The notes under the pieces are model-generated. The model saw nothing but the letters and a program-made list of their open reading frames with translations, was not told where the DNA came from and searched no databases. From Candidatus Wolfebacteria bacterium (GTDB lineage Bacteria; Patescibacteriota; Minisyncoccia; UBA6257; UBA9933), in contig JACRPK010000006.1 in NCBI GenBank assembly GCA_016214005.1, forward strand, positions 17,719 through 81,718: DNA of 64,000 bases. The letters run 5' to 3'. Position numbers and translations under genes: made by a program. Positions 1 to 7,310 of this stretch are shown one piece after another (the stretch's first letter is position 1; each line of letters starts with the position of its first letter).

Positions 1-212
1 ATTTTTGTTTTGCCGACGCCGGATTTTCCGATGATATAAAAATGGCGGCGGCGGTCTTTTCTTTTAATGCCGAAAATAAATCTTTTGGCTTCAAATTCAG
101 ATTCATAATTGGTGCGGCCGAAAAAAGAAACTTCTTTCGGATCGATTTGCCCGTAAATCGGCAAATCAGGCGGCGGCGGAGCGGATTTTATTATTTTAAC
201 TTTATCATCCAT
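1..212 (-). CDS. P-loop NTPase, 5' part only (gene continues off the left edge); HerA/VirB4/DUF87-like Walker A context
   Basis: Reverse strand reads MDDKVKIIKSAPPPPDLPIYGQIDPKEV...FGIKRKDRRRHFYIIGKSGVGKTK. The motif RRRHFYIIGKSGVGKT is a Walker A in the arrangement seen in HerA/VirB4-type ATPases. Start codon is CAT at 210-212. Confidence 0.45.
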   Translation of the reverse strand, partial: MDDKVKIIKSAPPPPDLPIYGQIDPKEVSFFGRTNYESEFEAKRFIFGIKRKDRRRHFYIIGKSGVGKTK

Positions 213-227
213 TATTTTTTAGCTAGA

Positions 228-818
228 TTATTTTTTAGTGATGATTTTTTCTTCATTGGCCTTGTTTTCTTCTAAAATTTTTTCGATATCTTTTGCAATT
301 TCAATTTTTTTAGAGAGAAGTTCTTCAAGCGCTTTGTGATATAGCCCGATGATTTTTTTCATTTCGTCAACGGGTAAAACAAGATCAGCTTCGTGGGCAA
401 GCTTGTTTCTTATTTTGTGCGCCTGCCAAAGGCCGTTAAGATTTTCCATTTCATATTCATTTAAAGATTTCAGCCGTTCGCCCATGTCTTCGCCCGGGTG
501 GTCATAGGCTATTAAAAGTTCATCAATGATGCTGTCGGCTTCAATAATCGCCAGCCGGTAATCGCGTTCGTCGCCGGATTTGATTTTTTCCAGAAGATTT
601 TTCCATTTTTTTGAAGAGACTTCTTTTTGTTTAATGATTTTTCTGTATTTGCCTTCGCTTACCTGCATGGTTTTGATGTAGTCAAGAGTTTCCGAGGGAG
701 TAAGTTTATAGCGAAGAGGTAAAGATTTTATCCAAAGCCAAACAATAGCGGCAATTAAGCCGATTATTGAAATAATAAGAAAAATTTTAACAACAGCGAT
801 AATGGTGTAGATAAGCAT
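228..818 (-). CDS. hypothetical membrane-anchored protein (N-terminal TM, coiled-coil-rich)
   Basis: 196-aa ORF with N-terminal hydrophobic helix IIAVVKIFLIISIIGLIAAIVWLW. No recognisable catalytic motif. Confidence 0.5.
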   Translation of the reverse strand: MLIYTIIAVVKIFLIISIIGLIAAIVWLWIKSLPLRYKLTPSETLDYIKTMQVSEGKYRKIIKQKEVSSKKWKNLLEKIKSGDERDYRLAIIEADSIIDELLIAYDHPGEDMGERLKSLNEYEMENLNGLWQAHKIRNKLAHEADLVLPVDEMKKIIGLYHKALEELLSKKIEIAKDIEKILEENKANEEKIITKK

Positions 819-870
819 TATTGGCTAAATTATAGTATTTTAAAGTTAAAAATCAAATTTATCCTCCCCA

Positions 871-931
871 ATTTTCGCCATTAACTTTTTTATTTTCGTG
901 AGTATAATACAGTGTAGAAACCTTGAAAAAT
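871..931 (+). promoter_or_regulatory. promoter cassette copy A (TTAACT 881-886, 16 nt, TATAAT 903-908, then GTAGAAACCTTGAAAAATA)
   Basis: Member of an 8-copy repeat family with near-consensus sigma70 -35/-10 and a conserved downstream box. Confidence 0.6.
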
Positions 932-992
932 AAAAATCTAGTCAATTTTTATTTTGACTAATTAACAAAGACTGGAAAGGAGAAGGTGAAAT

Positions 993-1097
993 ATGATAGG
1001 TCCTGAGGACTGGGACGACACTGCCTCAAAAGAGCAGGGGAACGATGGCGAGGATAGCGCCGATTCCAGTAGCAATTCCGATGGCTCTGACAGATAG
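993..1097 (+). CDS. small acidic peptide, 34 aa (MIGPEDWDDTASKEQGNDGEDSADSSSNSDGSDR); candidate precursor peptide
   Basis: ATG 8 nt after GGAGAAGGTGA. Followed by rho-independent terminator. Shares a DW motif with the peptides at 4399 and 6193. Confidence 0.4.
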   Translation: MIGPEDWDDTASKEQGNDGEDSADSSSNSDGSDR

Positions 1098-1146
1098 AGC
1101 CCCGCGCCATAATCCGCTTTCTCAAAAGGAAAGCGGATTTATATTT
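1098..1146 (+). terminator. rho-independent terminator (aatccgctttc...gaaagcggatt + T-run)
   Basis: Perfect 11-bp stem with 6-nt loop followed by TTTATATTTTT. Confidence 0.6.
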
Positions 1147-1156
1147 TTGGAACTTA

Positions 1157-2434
1157 ATGATATTATTTTTAAATATGGCTTTTTATAATAAACAATTCCA
1201 ATCATTTCAATTGAAGAATGGTTTGAATATCATTACTCGCCAAGATAATAATTCGGATATAGCGACATTATCATTTCGAATTAAGGCAGGCTCGCGATAT
1301 GAAAAAGAAAATGAGCTTGGTTATGCCCATCTTTTAGAACATATGCTTTTGAAAGGAACAAAAAATTTTCCTTCTCCTTTTGAAATTGGATATGCCGTTG
1401 ACAGGGCGGGGGCTTATTTAAATGCTTCTACTGGGCAGGAGTTGTCCAGCGTTTATATCCAAGTTGCCAAAGAAAAATGGCAAGAAATGTTTAAATTGCT
1501 TTGTGATATAATTTCAAACCCGATTTTTCAAAAAGAAATTTTTGAAAACGAGAAAAAAGTTATTTTTCAGGAAATCAAAAAAACGAATGATAATCCTAAT
1601 AAATATCTGTGGATCAAAACAATTAAAAATATTTTTAAAAATCATCCGCTTTCTCATCATCCGCTTGGTGATGAAGAAATTATCAAAAAAGCGGTCGTTG
1701 AAAATTTAATAGATTATCGGGAAAGATTATTTATTCCAAATAATATGGTTTTGATTGCCAATGGCGCGATTGATAATGAAGAATTGATAAGAATAACCGA
1801 ACAAGAATTTTCTGTTCAAGATAATATTCAACAAAAAAGCGGCCAGTTCGATTATTCTGTTCCTCAAATAAATAAAGGGGAAGGTTTCGAATATTTTAAT
1901 AGCAGTCAATCTTATTTTAATTTTAATTTTGTTTCCGCCAGGGCTGATTTAAAAGATTATCTGGCGCTTCAATTAATCTCTATTTTTTTGGGTTCTCTTA
2001 AAACATCAATTTTATATCAAGAGTTAAGGCAAAAAATGGGGTTAGTTTATAATGTTAACGCTTATAATACCGGCTATCAGGATGCAAATTTATTTTATAT
2101 TGAAACTTCCAGCAATTATCCGGACAAAGTTATCCCCATAGTAATTGAAAAATTGTTAAATTTTGAAAAATATTTTTCAGAGAGCCTTCTAAAAGAATAT
2201 CAAGAACAATATGTAAATTCTTTAATCCGTAAATTAAGCGATCCATTCAATGAAATAAAGTTTTTGTCAGAATATTGGTTTCTCTATAATGGCATTAATC
2301 AGCTTTCGGATTTAATCAATATTATAAATTCAATAAAATATGAAGATTTATTTAGGATTAAAAATCAATATTTGAACGAAAATAATCTGTTTATTATGAA
2401 AATCGGCAAAGATAATCCGCAAATCCCCGCATAA
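1157..2434 (+). CDS. M16-family (insulinase/pitrilysin-like) zinc metallopeptidase, 425 aa
   Basis: HxxEH zinc motif (HLLEHMLLKGT) near the N-terminus. Length is typical of an M16 subunit. Its stop codon TAA (2432-2434) lies inside promoter cassette B. Confidence 0.7.
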   Translation: MILFLNMAFYNKQFQSFQLKNGLNIITRQDNNSDIATLSFRIKAGSRYEKENELGYAHLLEHMLLKGTKNFPSPFEIGYAVDRAGAYLNASTGQELSSVYIQVAKEKWQEMFKLLCDIISNPIFQKEIFENEKKVIFQEIKKTNDNPNKYLWIKTIKNIFKNHPLSHHPLGDEEIIKKAVVENLIDYRERLFIPNNMVLIANGAIDNEELIRITEQEFSVQDNIQQKSGQFDYSVPQINKGEGFEYFNSSQSYFNFNFVSARADLKDYLALQLISIFLGSLKTSILYQELRQKMGLVYNVNAYNTGYQDANLFYIETSSNYPDKVIPIVIEKLLNFEKYFSESLLKEYQEQYVNSLIRKLSDPFNEIKFLSEYWFLYNGINQLSDLINIINSIKYEDLFRIKNQYLNENNLFIMKIGKDNPQIPA

Positions 2435-2506
2435 AACCTCGCTAATTCCCCCCATTGACTTTTTTGTTTTCGTGAGTATAATACAGGGTAGAAACTTTGA
2501 AAATAA
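2423..2506 (+). promoter_or_regulatory. promoter cassette copy B (ATCCCCGCATAAAACCTCGCTAATTCCCCCC + TTGACT 2455-2460, 16 nt, TATAAT 2477-2482 + TAGAAACTTTGAAAATA)
   Basis: Repeat family member including the conserved 5' extension. Confidence 0.6.
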
Positions 2507-2612
2507 TCAGAGGAAAATCTCTGTTTTTATATATGGCGAAATATCTAAATAAAAACGTGGCTAATTTTTATTTGGTTTTGATTAACTTATAGCTGGGAAG
2601 GAGGATGCGAAT

Positions 2613-2714
2613 ATGGGCGGTAAAGGCGGTTCGGGCGGTCATGGCGGTGGCAATGCTGGTTCTGGCGGGCAAAACGGTCAGGGTGGCATTCGCGGCGGTG
2701 GCAGAGGCCGATAA
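2613..2714 (+). CDS. small Gly-rich peptide, 33 aa (MGGKGGSGGHGGGNAGSGGQNGQGGIRGGGRGR); candidate precursor peptide
   Basis: ATG 8 nt after GGAGG. Leader is conserved with copy A (GGAG..G.GAATATG). Followed by terminator hairpin ccccgatgtgaac...gtttacatcgggg. Confidence 0.35.
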   Translation: MGGKGGSGGHGGGNAGSGGQNGQGGIRGGGRGR

Positions 2715-2716
2715 TT

Positions 2717-2762
2717 CGACCCCGATGTGAACAAATCAATGTTTACATCGGGGATTTTTTTA
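2717..2762 (+). terminator. rho-independent terminator
   Basis: ccccgatgtgaacaaatcaatgtttacatcgggg followed by a T-run. Confidence 0.6.
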
Positions 2763-2779
2763 TTTATACTTTATAAAAT

Positions 2780-3424
2780 ATGATAAAAATTCCTTTTTAT
2801 GAAAATTCGAAAGACGATACTCATTGTTTTCAGGCTTGCTTGAAATCAATATTGAAATTTTATTTTCCTAAAAAAAATTATAGTTTTAAATATTTAGACA
2901 GAGCGACGGCTCACAAAAAAAATAAATGGACATGGAATAGCGCCGTATTTTTATTTTTAGAAAAATTTGGTTTTGAAATTATAAATATTGAAGATTTTGA
3001 TTATGCAAAATTCGCGCGGCTCGGAGAGCAATACCTTAAGAGAATATGGATAGATGAAGTATTTCAGACTCAAAAAAAATTTTCGGATTTAAAAAATGAA
3101 CAGAAATTGGCTAAAAAGTTAATTAAAAATAAAAAAATTAAATTATTAAAACGGCCGGCAACGATAAGTGATATTAAAAAATTATTTATAAAAAATTATA
3201 TTATTTTAGTGAACATTAATCCTTTTATTTTAAATAATAAAAAAGGTTATTCATCTCATATTGTGATTATAACCGATATGAATAAATCAAAAATAACTTT
3301 TCATGATTCCGGTTTGCCTCCGCAAAAAAATAGGAAAGCCCCCATTAAACTTTTCTTAAAAGCGATGGAATATCCTTATAAAGAAGACGCTAGTATTATT
3401 GCATTAAGATTGTTTTTTCTGTAA
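2780..3424 (+). CDS. putative papain-fold cysteine peptidase (C39-like), 214 aa
   Basis: N-terminal DDTHCFQACLKSILKFYF (Cys in a C39-like context). Later GYSSHIVIITDMN (His) and FHDSG (Asp). The order Cys...His...Asp fits C39-like leader peptidases. Confidence 0.4.
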   Translation: MIKIPFYENSKDDTHCFQACLKSILKFYFPKKNYSFKYLDRATAHKKNKWTWNSAVFLFLEKFGFEIINIEDFDYAKFARLGEQYLKRIWIDEVFQTQKKFSDLKNEQKLAKKLIKNKKIKLLKRPATISDIKKLFIKNYIILVNINPFILNNKKGYSSHIVIITDMNKSKITFHDSGLPPQKNRKAPIKLFLKAMEYPYKEDASIIALRLFFL

Positions 3425-3436
3425 GTTTGTGCTTTA

Positions 3437-3490
3437 TCTTTAAAATATTTTTTGAATTAAATATATTCAATTTGCCCGCCCTTTTTTAAT
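3437..3490 (+). repeat. ~50 bp repeat AAATATTTTTTGAATTAAATATATT..TTTGCCCGCCCTTTTTTAATGAT (second copy 17484..17535)
   Basis: Near-identical string at both loci. At the second locus it contains the stop codon of the kinase-like gene. Confidence 0.5.
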
Positions 3491-3513
3491 GATCAAATTT
3501 AATGATCAAAAAT

Positions 3514-3672
3514 TACAGCGTCAAGAAAATATGTTTTTCAGAATGTCTCGGAGGCGCAAAAAGCTTGGTCTTTTGCGAAGCAAAAGTTTTTGCGCCGAGA
3601 GCCAAGCTCTTGATTTTTCGCTGGAAAAAAATCAAAGAGCGGTTCTGAAAAACATATTTTCTTGACGCTGTA
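3514..3672. mobile_element. MITE-like structured repeat copy 1 (30-bp perfect terminal inverted repeats TACAGCGTCAAGAAAATATGTTTTTCAGAA)
   Basis: Three copies in the window (also 41576..41711 and 55953..56112), each with internal nested inverted repeats. ORFs called inside it are spurious. Confidence 0.6.
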
Positions 3673-3699
3673 ATCCCCAAAAAGTTATCCACAGCCTGT

Positions 3700-3785
3700 T
3701 CTCTCCCCATTGACTTTTTCATTTTCCCAAGTATAATGTAGGATAGAAACTTTGAAAAATACCAGTTCTAAGGTTAGAAACTGGT
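3700..3785 (+). promoter_or_regulatory. promoter cassette copy C (TTGACT 3710-3715, 17 nt, TATAAT 3733-3738) plus leader hairpin CCAGTTCTAAGGTTAGAAACTGG
   Basis: Repeat family member. The hairpin-type leader is shared with copies E and H. Confidence 0.6.
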
Positions 3786-3820
3786 TAAAAAAAGAAAGAA
3801 AAGAAAGAGGGGATAGGAAA

Positions 3821-4399
3821 ATGAAATTTTCAACGCGCCATATTATTTTACGACCAATGGAGGAGAAAGATTTATCGATTTTACATCAATGGCGTAACGA
3901 TGGCGATTTTATTCAATATTGTTCCGTTCGTCGTTATCCCGTCGAATACGAAGAATTTATTAATGAGTTGCAAAAGGATTTTAAAAATGATAGGCATCGT
4001 CAATTTATCATAGAATTACAAAAAGAGCGTAAGGTTATCGGTACAACTTATTCTTACAATTTTAACTCAATAGATGGTTATGCGTTTATAACTATTTATC
4101 TCGAGGAAAGGTACCGCTATCGTGGATATGGAGCAGAAGCAGTCGCGCTATTTTTAAGATTTCTTTTTGAATCATATCCCCTCTATAAAATTTATATGGA
4201 AGTGTATGACTATAATCAGCACGCGCTTTCAATTTTGCAAAATGCTAGTTTTGAAGAAGAGGGAAGATTTAAGGAACACCGTTTTTTTCGTGAAGAACGA
4301 TATGATTTAATCAGATTTGCATTTTTTCAGAAATCATTAACAAAAGTTTTTGAATTTTTAGAGAATATAAAATTTTATCGGAAAGGAGGTGATGTCTAA
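3821..4399 (+). CDS. GNAT-family N-acetyltransferase, 192 aa
   Basis: MKFSTRHIILRPMEEKDLSILHQWRND... with acetyl-CoA binding motif region YRGYGAEAV. RBS GGATAGGAAAATG. Confidence 0.7.
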   Translation: MKFSTRHIILRPMEEKDLSILHQWRNDGDFIQYCSVRRYPVEYEEFINELQKDFKNDRHRQFIIELQKERKVIGTTYSYNFNSIDGYAFITIYLEERYRYRGYGAEAVALFLRFLFESYPLYKIYMEVYDYNQHALSILQNASFEEEGRFKEHRFFREERYDLIRFAFFQKSLTKVFEFLENIKFYRKGGDV

Positions 4400-4599
4400 T
4401 GGGTTGGTTTAGAGATAAGGGAAAAGAAGGCATATTTCTTGAGGGGAAATCCAGTCGAGAGCATACCCATAGAGATGGTTCTCATGGGCGCGATGTAGAA
4501 GCATATCGCAACACATATAATGAGGGTGAACAAGTCCACAGCGAGAAAGCGGATGACTGGGGAAAGGATCACGAAAGTTCTGGCGATAGCGGAAAATAA
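4399..4599 (+). CDS. small hydrophilic peptide, 66 aa (…EKADDWGKDHESSGDSGK); candidate precursor peptide
   Basis: TAATG stop/start overlap with the GNAT gene. GGAGGTGA sits 9 nt upstream. Homologous to the N-terminal part of the 6193 protein (HTxRD…DWGxxKD). Confidence 0.4.
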   Translation: MGWFRDKGKEGIFLEGKSSREHTHRDGSHGRDVEAYRNTYNEGEQVHSEKADDWGKDHESSGDSGK

Positions 4600-4616
4600 A
4601 GTGGCACTTAACTAAA

Positions 4617-4662
4617 TAGGGCAGAGAGCAAATACTCTCCGCCCTATATTTTATTTTGAGGT
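4617..4662 (+). terminator. rho-independent terminator (tagggcagagag…ctctccgcccta + T-run)
   Basis: Inverted repeat followed by TATTTTATTTT. Confidence 0.55.
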
Positions 4663-4697
4663 TTCATTTTAAGTAAGTTTAAATTATAATTTTTAAT

Positions 4698-5975
4698 ATG
4701 CGCGATACAAAACAAATATTAAAAAAACCATTATTCTATCTTGTTAATTTACCTCAAAAAACGGATAAGATTTATTTCGATATTTTTTATCGCAGGGGAA
4801 ACATATTCGATCCTCCAATGGCAATGGGCATGGCGCATATGCTTGAACATTATATGGTTGGGCATCTGAAACAAAAATACATTCGCGATCATTTTATGGT
4901 TGGGGGAAGCATAAGTAATAGCTTCACAAATTTTTATCTTATTTCCAGCACACGTCAATTATTGTTAGATTTGCAGATTTTTTTAAGCGGAATTTTTAGA
5001 CCAGAATTTTCAGATAAAACAATTTTTGAATATGAGCTTAAAGCAGTTCGGAATGAAATTGCCGAAAAAAAACACGACATTGAATCGCAGATATTTGATG
5101 TTATTTCAAAAAAAATATTTTTAGGCGATTGTCCGTATCGCGCGGCAAATAATGAAAAAAATAAATATTTTGAAAAATTTACTCTTCATGACATACAGCA
5201 ATTTTACTTAAAAGATTTTTCAACCATAGAACCTTTGTTTGTTATAGGCGGTTATAATATAAACGATCGTTTGCTTAAAGAAGTTATTATTCTTATTCGC
5301 GAATTTTTACCGCAACGATTGCACTTATTTAATCATTTCAATTTTCCCAAATGCATTCCTCGCAGTTTTAACGTTGAAGCGATAAAAAACAAAAACATTA
5401 AAAGTGGGGCATATTCAGTGTTCACTTTTCCCGGTTTTTCAATGCAAGATCATGATTTTCGCTTGAGAATGGGGTTGCATGTGTTGTTAAAAATACTCAC
5501 AGGAAGTTCGCCATTCGGTTTGTCCATAGAAACCCGCAAATTAGGAATCTATAATATTTCTTATAAAAATATTATGAGACCGAGGATAGGGATTGTTTCA
5601 TTATTTTCTTTTACTGAAAATAATCAAATTTTCGCTTTGGCAAAACTAATTAAAGATCATATCGATTTGTTAAAAAAAGATCTTATAAACGAACAATATA
5701 TTTCAAAAATTGTTAACGACGCAAAAAATAAGCAAAAGGCGATTTGGGAAAATAACGAGAATAAATATAATTGGATCATAGATGATTTTAAATATTTAAA
5801 GTTTAATATTAACATCACGGCGGAAAAGAAAATATTGGATTCAATAACGCCTCAGTTTTTGCGGGAAATTGCAAATACAATTTTTAATTGGAGGAAATTC
5901 AATATGTTTGTTATATATAATGATATAAATAATCCACAGATAGGAAAAATAAAAAAAATTTTTCAAAATAATTAA
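4698..5975 (+). CDS. M16-family zinc metallopeptidase paralog, 425 aa
   Basis: HxxEH motif (MAHMLEHYMVGHL). Same length as 1157..2434. Confidence 0.65.
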   Translation: MRDTKQILKKPLFYLVNLPQKTDKIYFDIFYRRGNIFDPPMAMGMAHMLEHYMVGHLKQKYIRDHFMVGGSISNSFTNFYLISSTRQLLLDLQIFLSGIFRPEFSDKTIFEYELKAVRNEIAEKKHDIESQIFDVISKKIFLGDCPYRAANNEKNKYFEKFTLHDIQQFYLKDFSTIEPLFVIGGYNINDRLLKEVIILIREFLPQRLHLFNHFNFPKCIPRSFNVEAIKNKNIKSGAYSVFTFPGFSMQDHDFRLRMGLHVLLKILTGSSPFGLSIETRKLGIYNISYKNIMRPRIGIVSLFSFTENNQIFALAKLIKDHIDLLKKDLINEQYISKIVNDAKNKQKAIWENNENKYNWIIDDFKYLKFNINITAEKKILDSITPQFLREIANTIFNWRKFNMFVIYNDINNPQIGKIKKIFQNN

Positions 5976-5986
5976 CTTTGATCCGA

Positions 5987-6070
5987 ATCCCCGCATAAAA
6001 CCTCGCTAATTTCGCCATTGACTTTTTCATTTTCCCAAGTATAATATAGTGTAGAAACTTTGAAAAATAA
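5987..6070 (+). promoter_or_regulatory. promoter cassette copy D (TTGACT 6018-6023, 16 nt, TATAAT 6040-6045)
   Basis: Repeat family member. Followed by type-II leader ACGCATCCCTGCCTGCCGGCAGGCAGGTTTGTGAATGTGTTAATAAGAAAACCGG. Confidence 0.6.
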
Positions 6071-6077
6071 CGCATCC

Positions 6078-6097
6078 CTGCCTGCCGGCAGGCAGGT
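6078..6097. repeat. 20-bp perfect palindrome CCTGCCTGCCGGCAGGCAGG (copy 1 of 4)
   Basis: Identical palindrome at 11152..11171, 41542..41561 and 55922-ish (core CCTGCCGGCAGG). Confidence 0.6.
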
Positions 6098-6136
6098 TTG
6101 TGAATGTGTTAATAAGAAAACCGGACTTCATATTTT

Positions 6137-6154
6137 GCTATCACTAATGATAGC
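6137..6154. promoter_or_regulatory. 18-bp palindromic operator-like site GCTATCACTAATGATAGC (copy 1 of 5)
   Basis: Same palindrome (GCTATCAC yRr GTGATAGC) at 25155, 42593, 43143 and 43461. Confidence 0.45.
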
Positions 6155-6192
6155 GTGGTCAAAAATAAGTAAAGAAAGAGAGGAATTGAATT

Positions 6193-6576
6193 ATGGGTGG
6201 ATATTCTGAAAAAGATGCGGCAAAAGATACTAATTCTAGTATGAAAGAAACAAAAGATGCTTGGCATACTGCAAGAGATGATGCTGCTGAAGAAGGCGAT
6301 TGGGGTGTGCCAAAAGACAGACATGGTGAAGGATGTTTTATAGCGACTGCGGCTTATGGAAGCTATTTCGAGCCTCACGTAAAAATTCTCAGGGATTTTA
6401 GAGATATTTTTCTTGTGGAGAGTATTTTGGGAAGATTATTCATAAAAATTTATTATTGTATCAGTCCGTTTATTTCCGGTATTATTGAAAAAAGTGAAAT
6501 TTTAAAGAAAATTATGCGAATAATTCTTTCGCCGATAGCATTGTTGATTGAACATATATTTATAAAGCGCTTTTAA
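6193..6576 (+). CDS. 127-aa protein: N-terminal hydrophilic DW-motif peptide region fused to a C-terminal GCFIATAAYGS…LRDFRD…hydrophobic module
   Basis: N-terminal 47 aa are homologous to the 4399 peptide. C-terminus carries CFIATAAYGS followed by LRDFRD and a hydrophobic stretch. I recall this as a conserved C-terminal module of secreted/anchored proteins but cannot name the family with certainty. Confidence 0.5.
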   Translation: MGGYSEKDAAKDTNSSMKETKDAWHTARDDAAEEGDWGVPKDRHGEGCFIATAAYGSYFEPHVKILRDFRDIFLVESILGRLFIKIYYCISPFISGIIEKSEILKKIMRIILSPIALLIEHIFIKRF

Positions 6577-6610
6577 GCGCTTTTTATTTTGGCAAAATTA
6601 TTCATAATAT

Positions 6611-6895
6611 GTGATAATAATAAATATGGGAAAAGAAAATCAAAAAAATCCTGCCTGCGTTATTTTGTGGCAAGATGCGGCATATTCATATGAGAAAGAA
6701 TTTCCGAAAGAATTTCCATTGCCACAATTAACAGCTGGTTTTATTATTTCCGCTAATGATGAAGACGATTTTATAAATATTGCCATGAATGTTGAATATG
6801 ATGAAAAAACCGGTAAATTATATCCGCTCGATGGATTTTTAATACCAAAAAAATCGAAAATTGAATTCAGGAATATGGGATTTTTTAATGAATAA
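6611..6895 (+). CDS. hypothetical protein, 94 aa
   Basis: ORF with ATG start. No recognisable motif. Confidence 0.35.
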   Translation: MIIINMGKENQKNPACVILWQDAAYSYEKEFPKEFPLPQLTAGFIISANDEDDFINIAMNVEYDEKTGKLYPLDGFLIPKKSKIEFRNMGFFNE

Positions 6896-6900
6896 AATTT

Positions 6901-7161
6901 ATGGATAAAAAGAGAATTAAAGTTTATTGGGCAGACGCTGTATTTTATAAAAAGAGTAAAAATATTGGCGATGGTCTGACTAAAATGATAACTATTGGGG
7001 AATTATTCATTGAAAATGAAAAATTTATTGTGATAAAATATCCAAAATCAATTAAAGAAAATAAGCCATTATTATTTCAATTATTTAAGAGATTCTTATC
7101 AAAAAAACCCACTTACTTATTTATTCCCCGCGGAATGATAAGAAACATTATTTTATATTAA
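6901..7161 (+). CDS. hypothetical protein, 86 aa
   Basis: ORF with ATG start. No recognisable motif. Confidence 0.35.
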   Translation: MDKKRIKVYWADAVFYKKSKNIGDGLTKMITIGELFIENEKFIVIKYPKSIKENKPLLFQLFKRFLSKKPTYLFIPRGMIRNIILY

Positions 7162-7164
7162 TAT

Positions 7165-7275
7165 ATCCCCGCATAAAACCTCGCTAATTCCCCCCCCATT
7201 AACTTTTTTGTTTTCGTGAGTATAATACAGTGTAGAAACCTTGAAAAACACCAGTTCTAAGGTTAGAAACTGGTT
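7165..7275 (+). promoter_or_regulatory. promoter cassette copy E (TTAACT 7199-7204, 16 nt, TATAAT 7221-7226) plus hairpin leader
   Basis: Repeat family member. Confidence 0.6.
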
Positions 7276-7310
7276 AAAAAAAGAGAGAAAAGAAAGAGAG
7301 GATAAGGAAA

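Noticed and set aside
42-275. Plus-strand 77-aa ORF at the left edge
   Set aside because: Antisense to the clear P-loop ATPase coding frame (1..212, minus strand). Low-complexity translation. No RBS.
2605-2730. Alternative hydrophobic 41-aa reading (MRIWAVKAV…) overlapping the Gly-rich peptide
   Set aside because: Its ATG abuts GGAGG with zero spacing. The Gly-rich frame has ideal 8-nt spacing, and its leader is conserved with cassette A's peptide.
3690-3700. TTATCCACA (DnaA-box consensus) at 3693, 17944 and 38397
   Set aside because: Three isolated 9-mers tens of kb apart do not make an origin. They more likely occur by chance or belong to a small shared flank (AAGTTATCCACAGC). Noted but not called oriC.
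3513-3722. ORFs called inside MITE copies (3513..3722, 41399..41653, 5' part of 41451..42497, 55780..56001)
   Set aside because: They translate the repeat itself (…SEKHIFL…) in all three copies and on either strand. This is the element, not genes.
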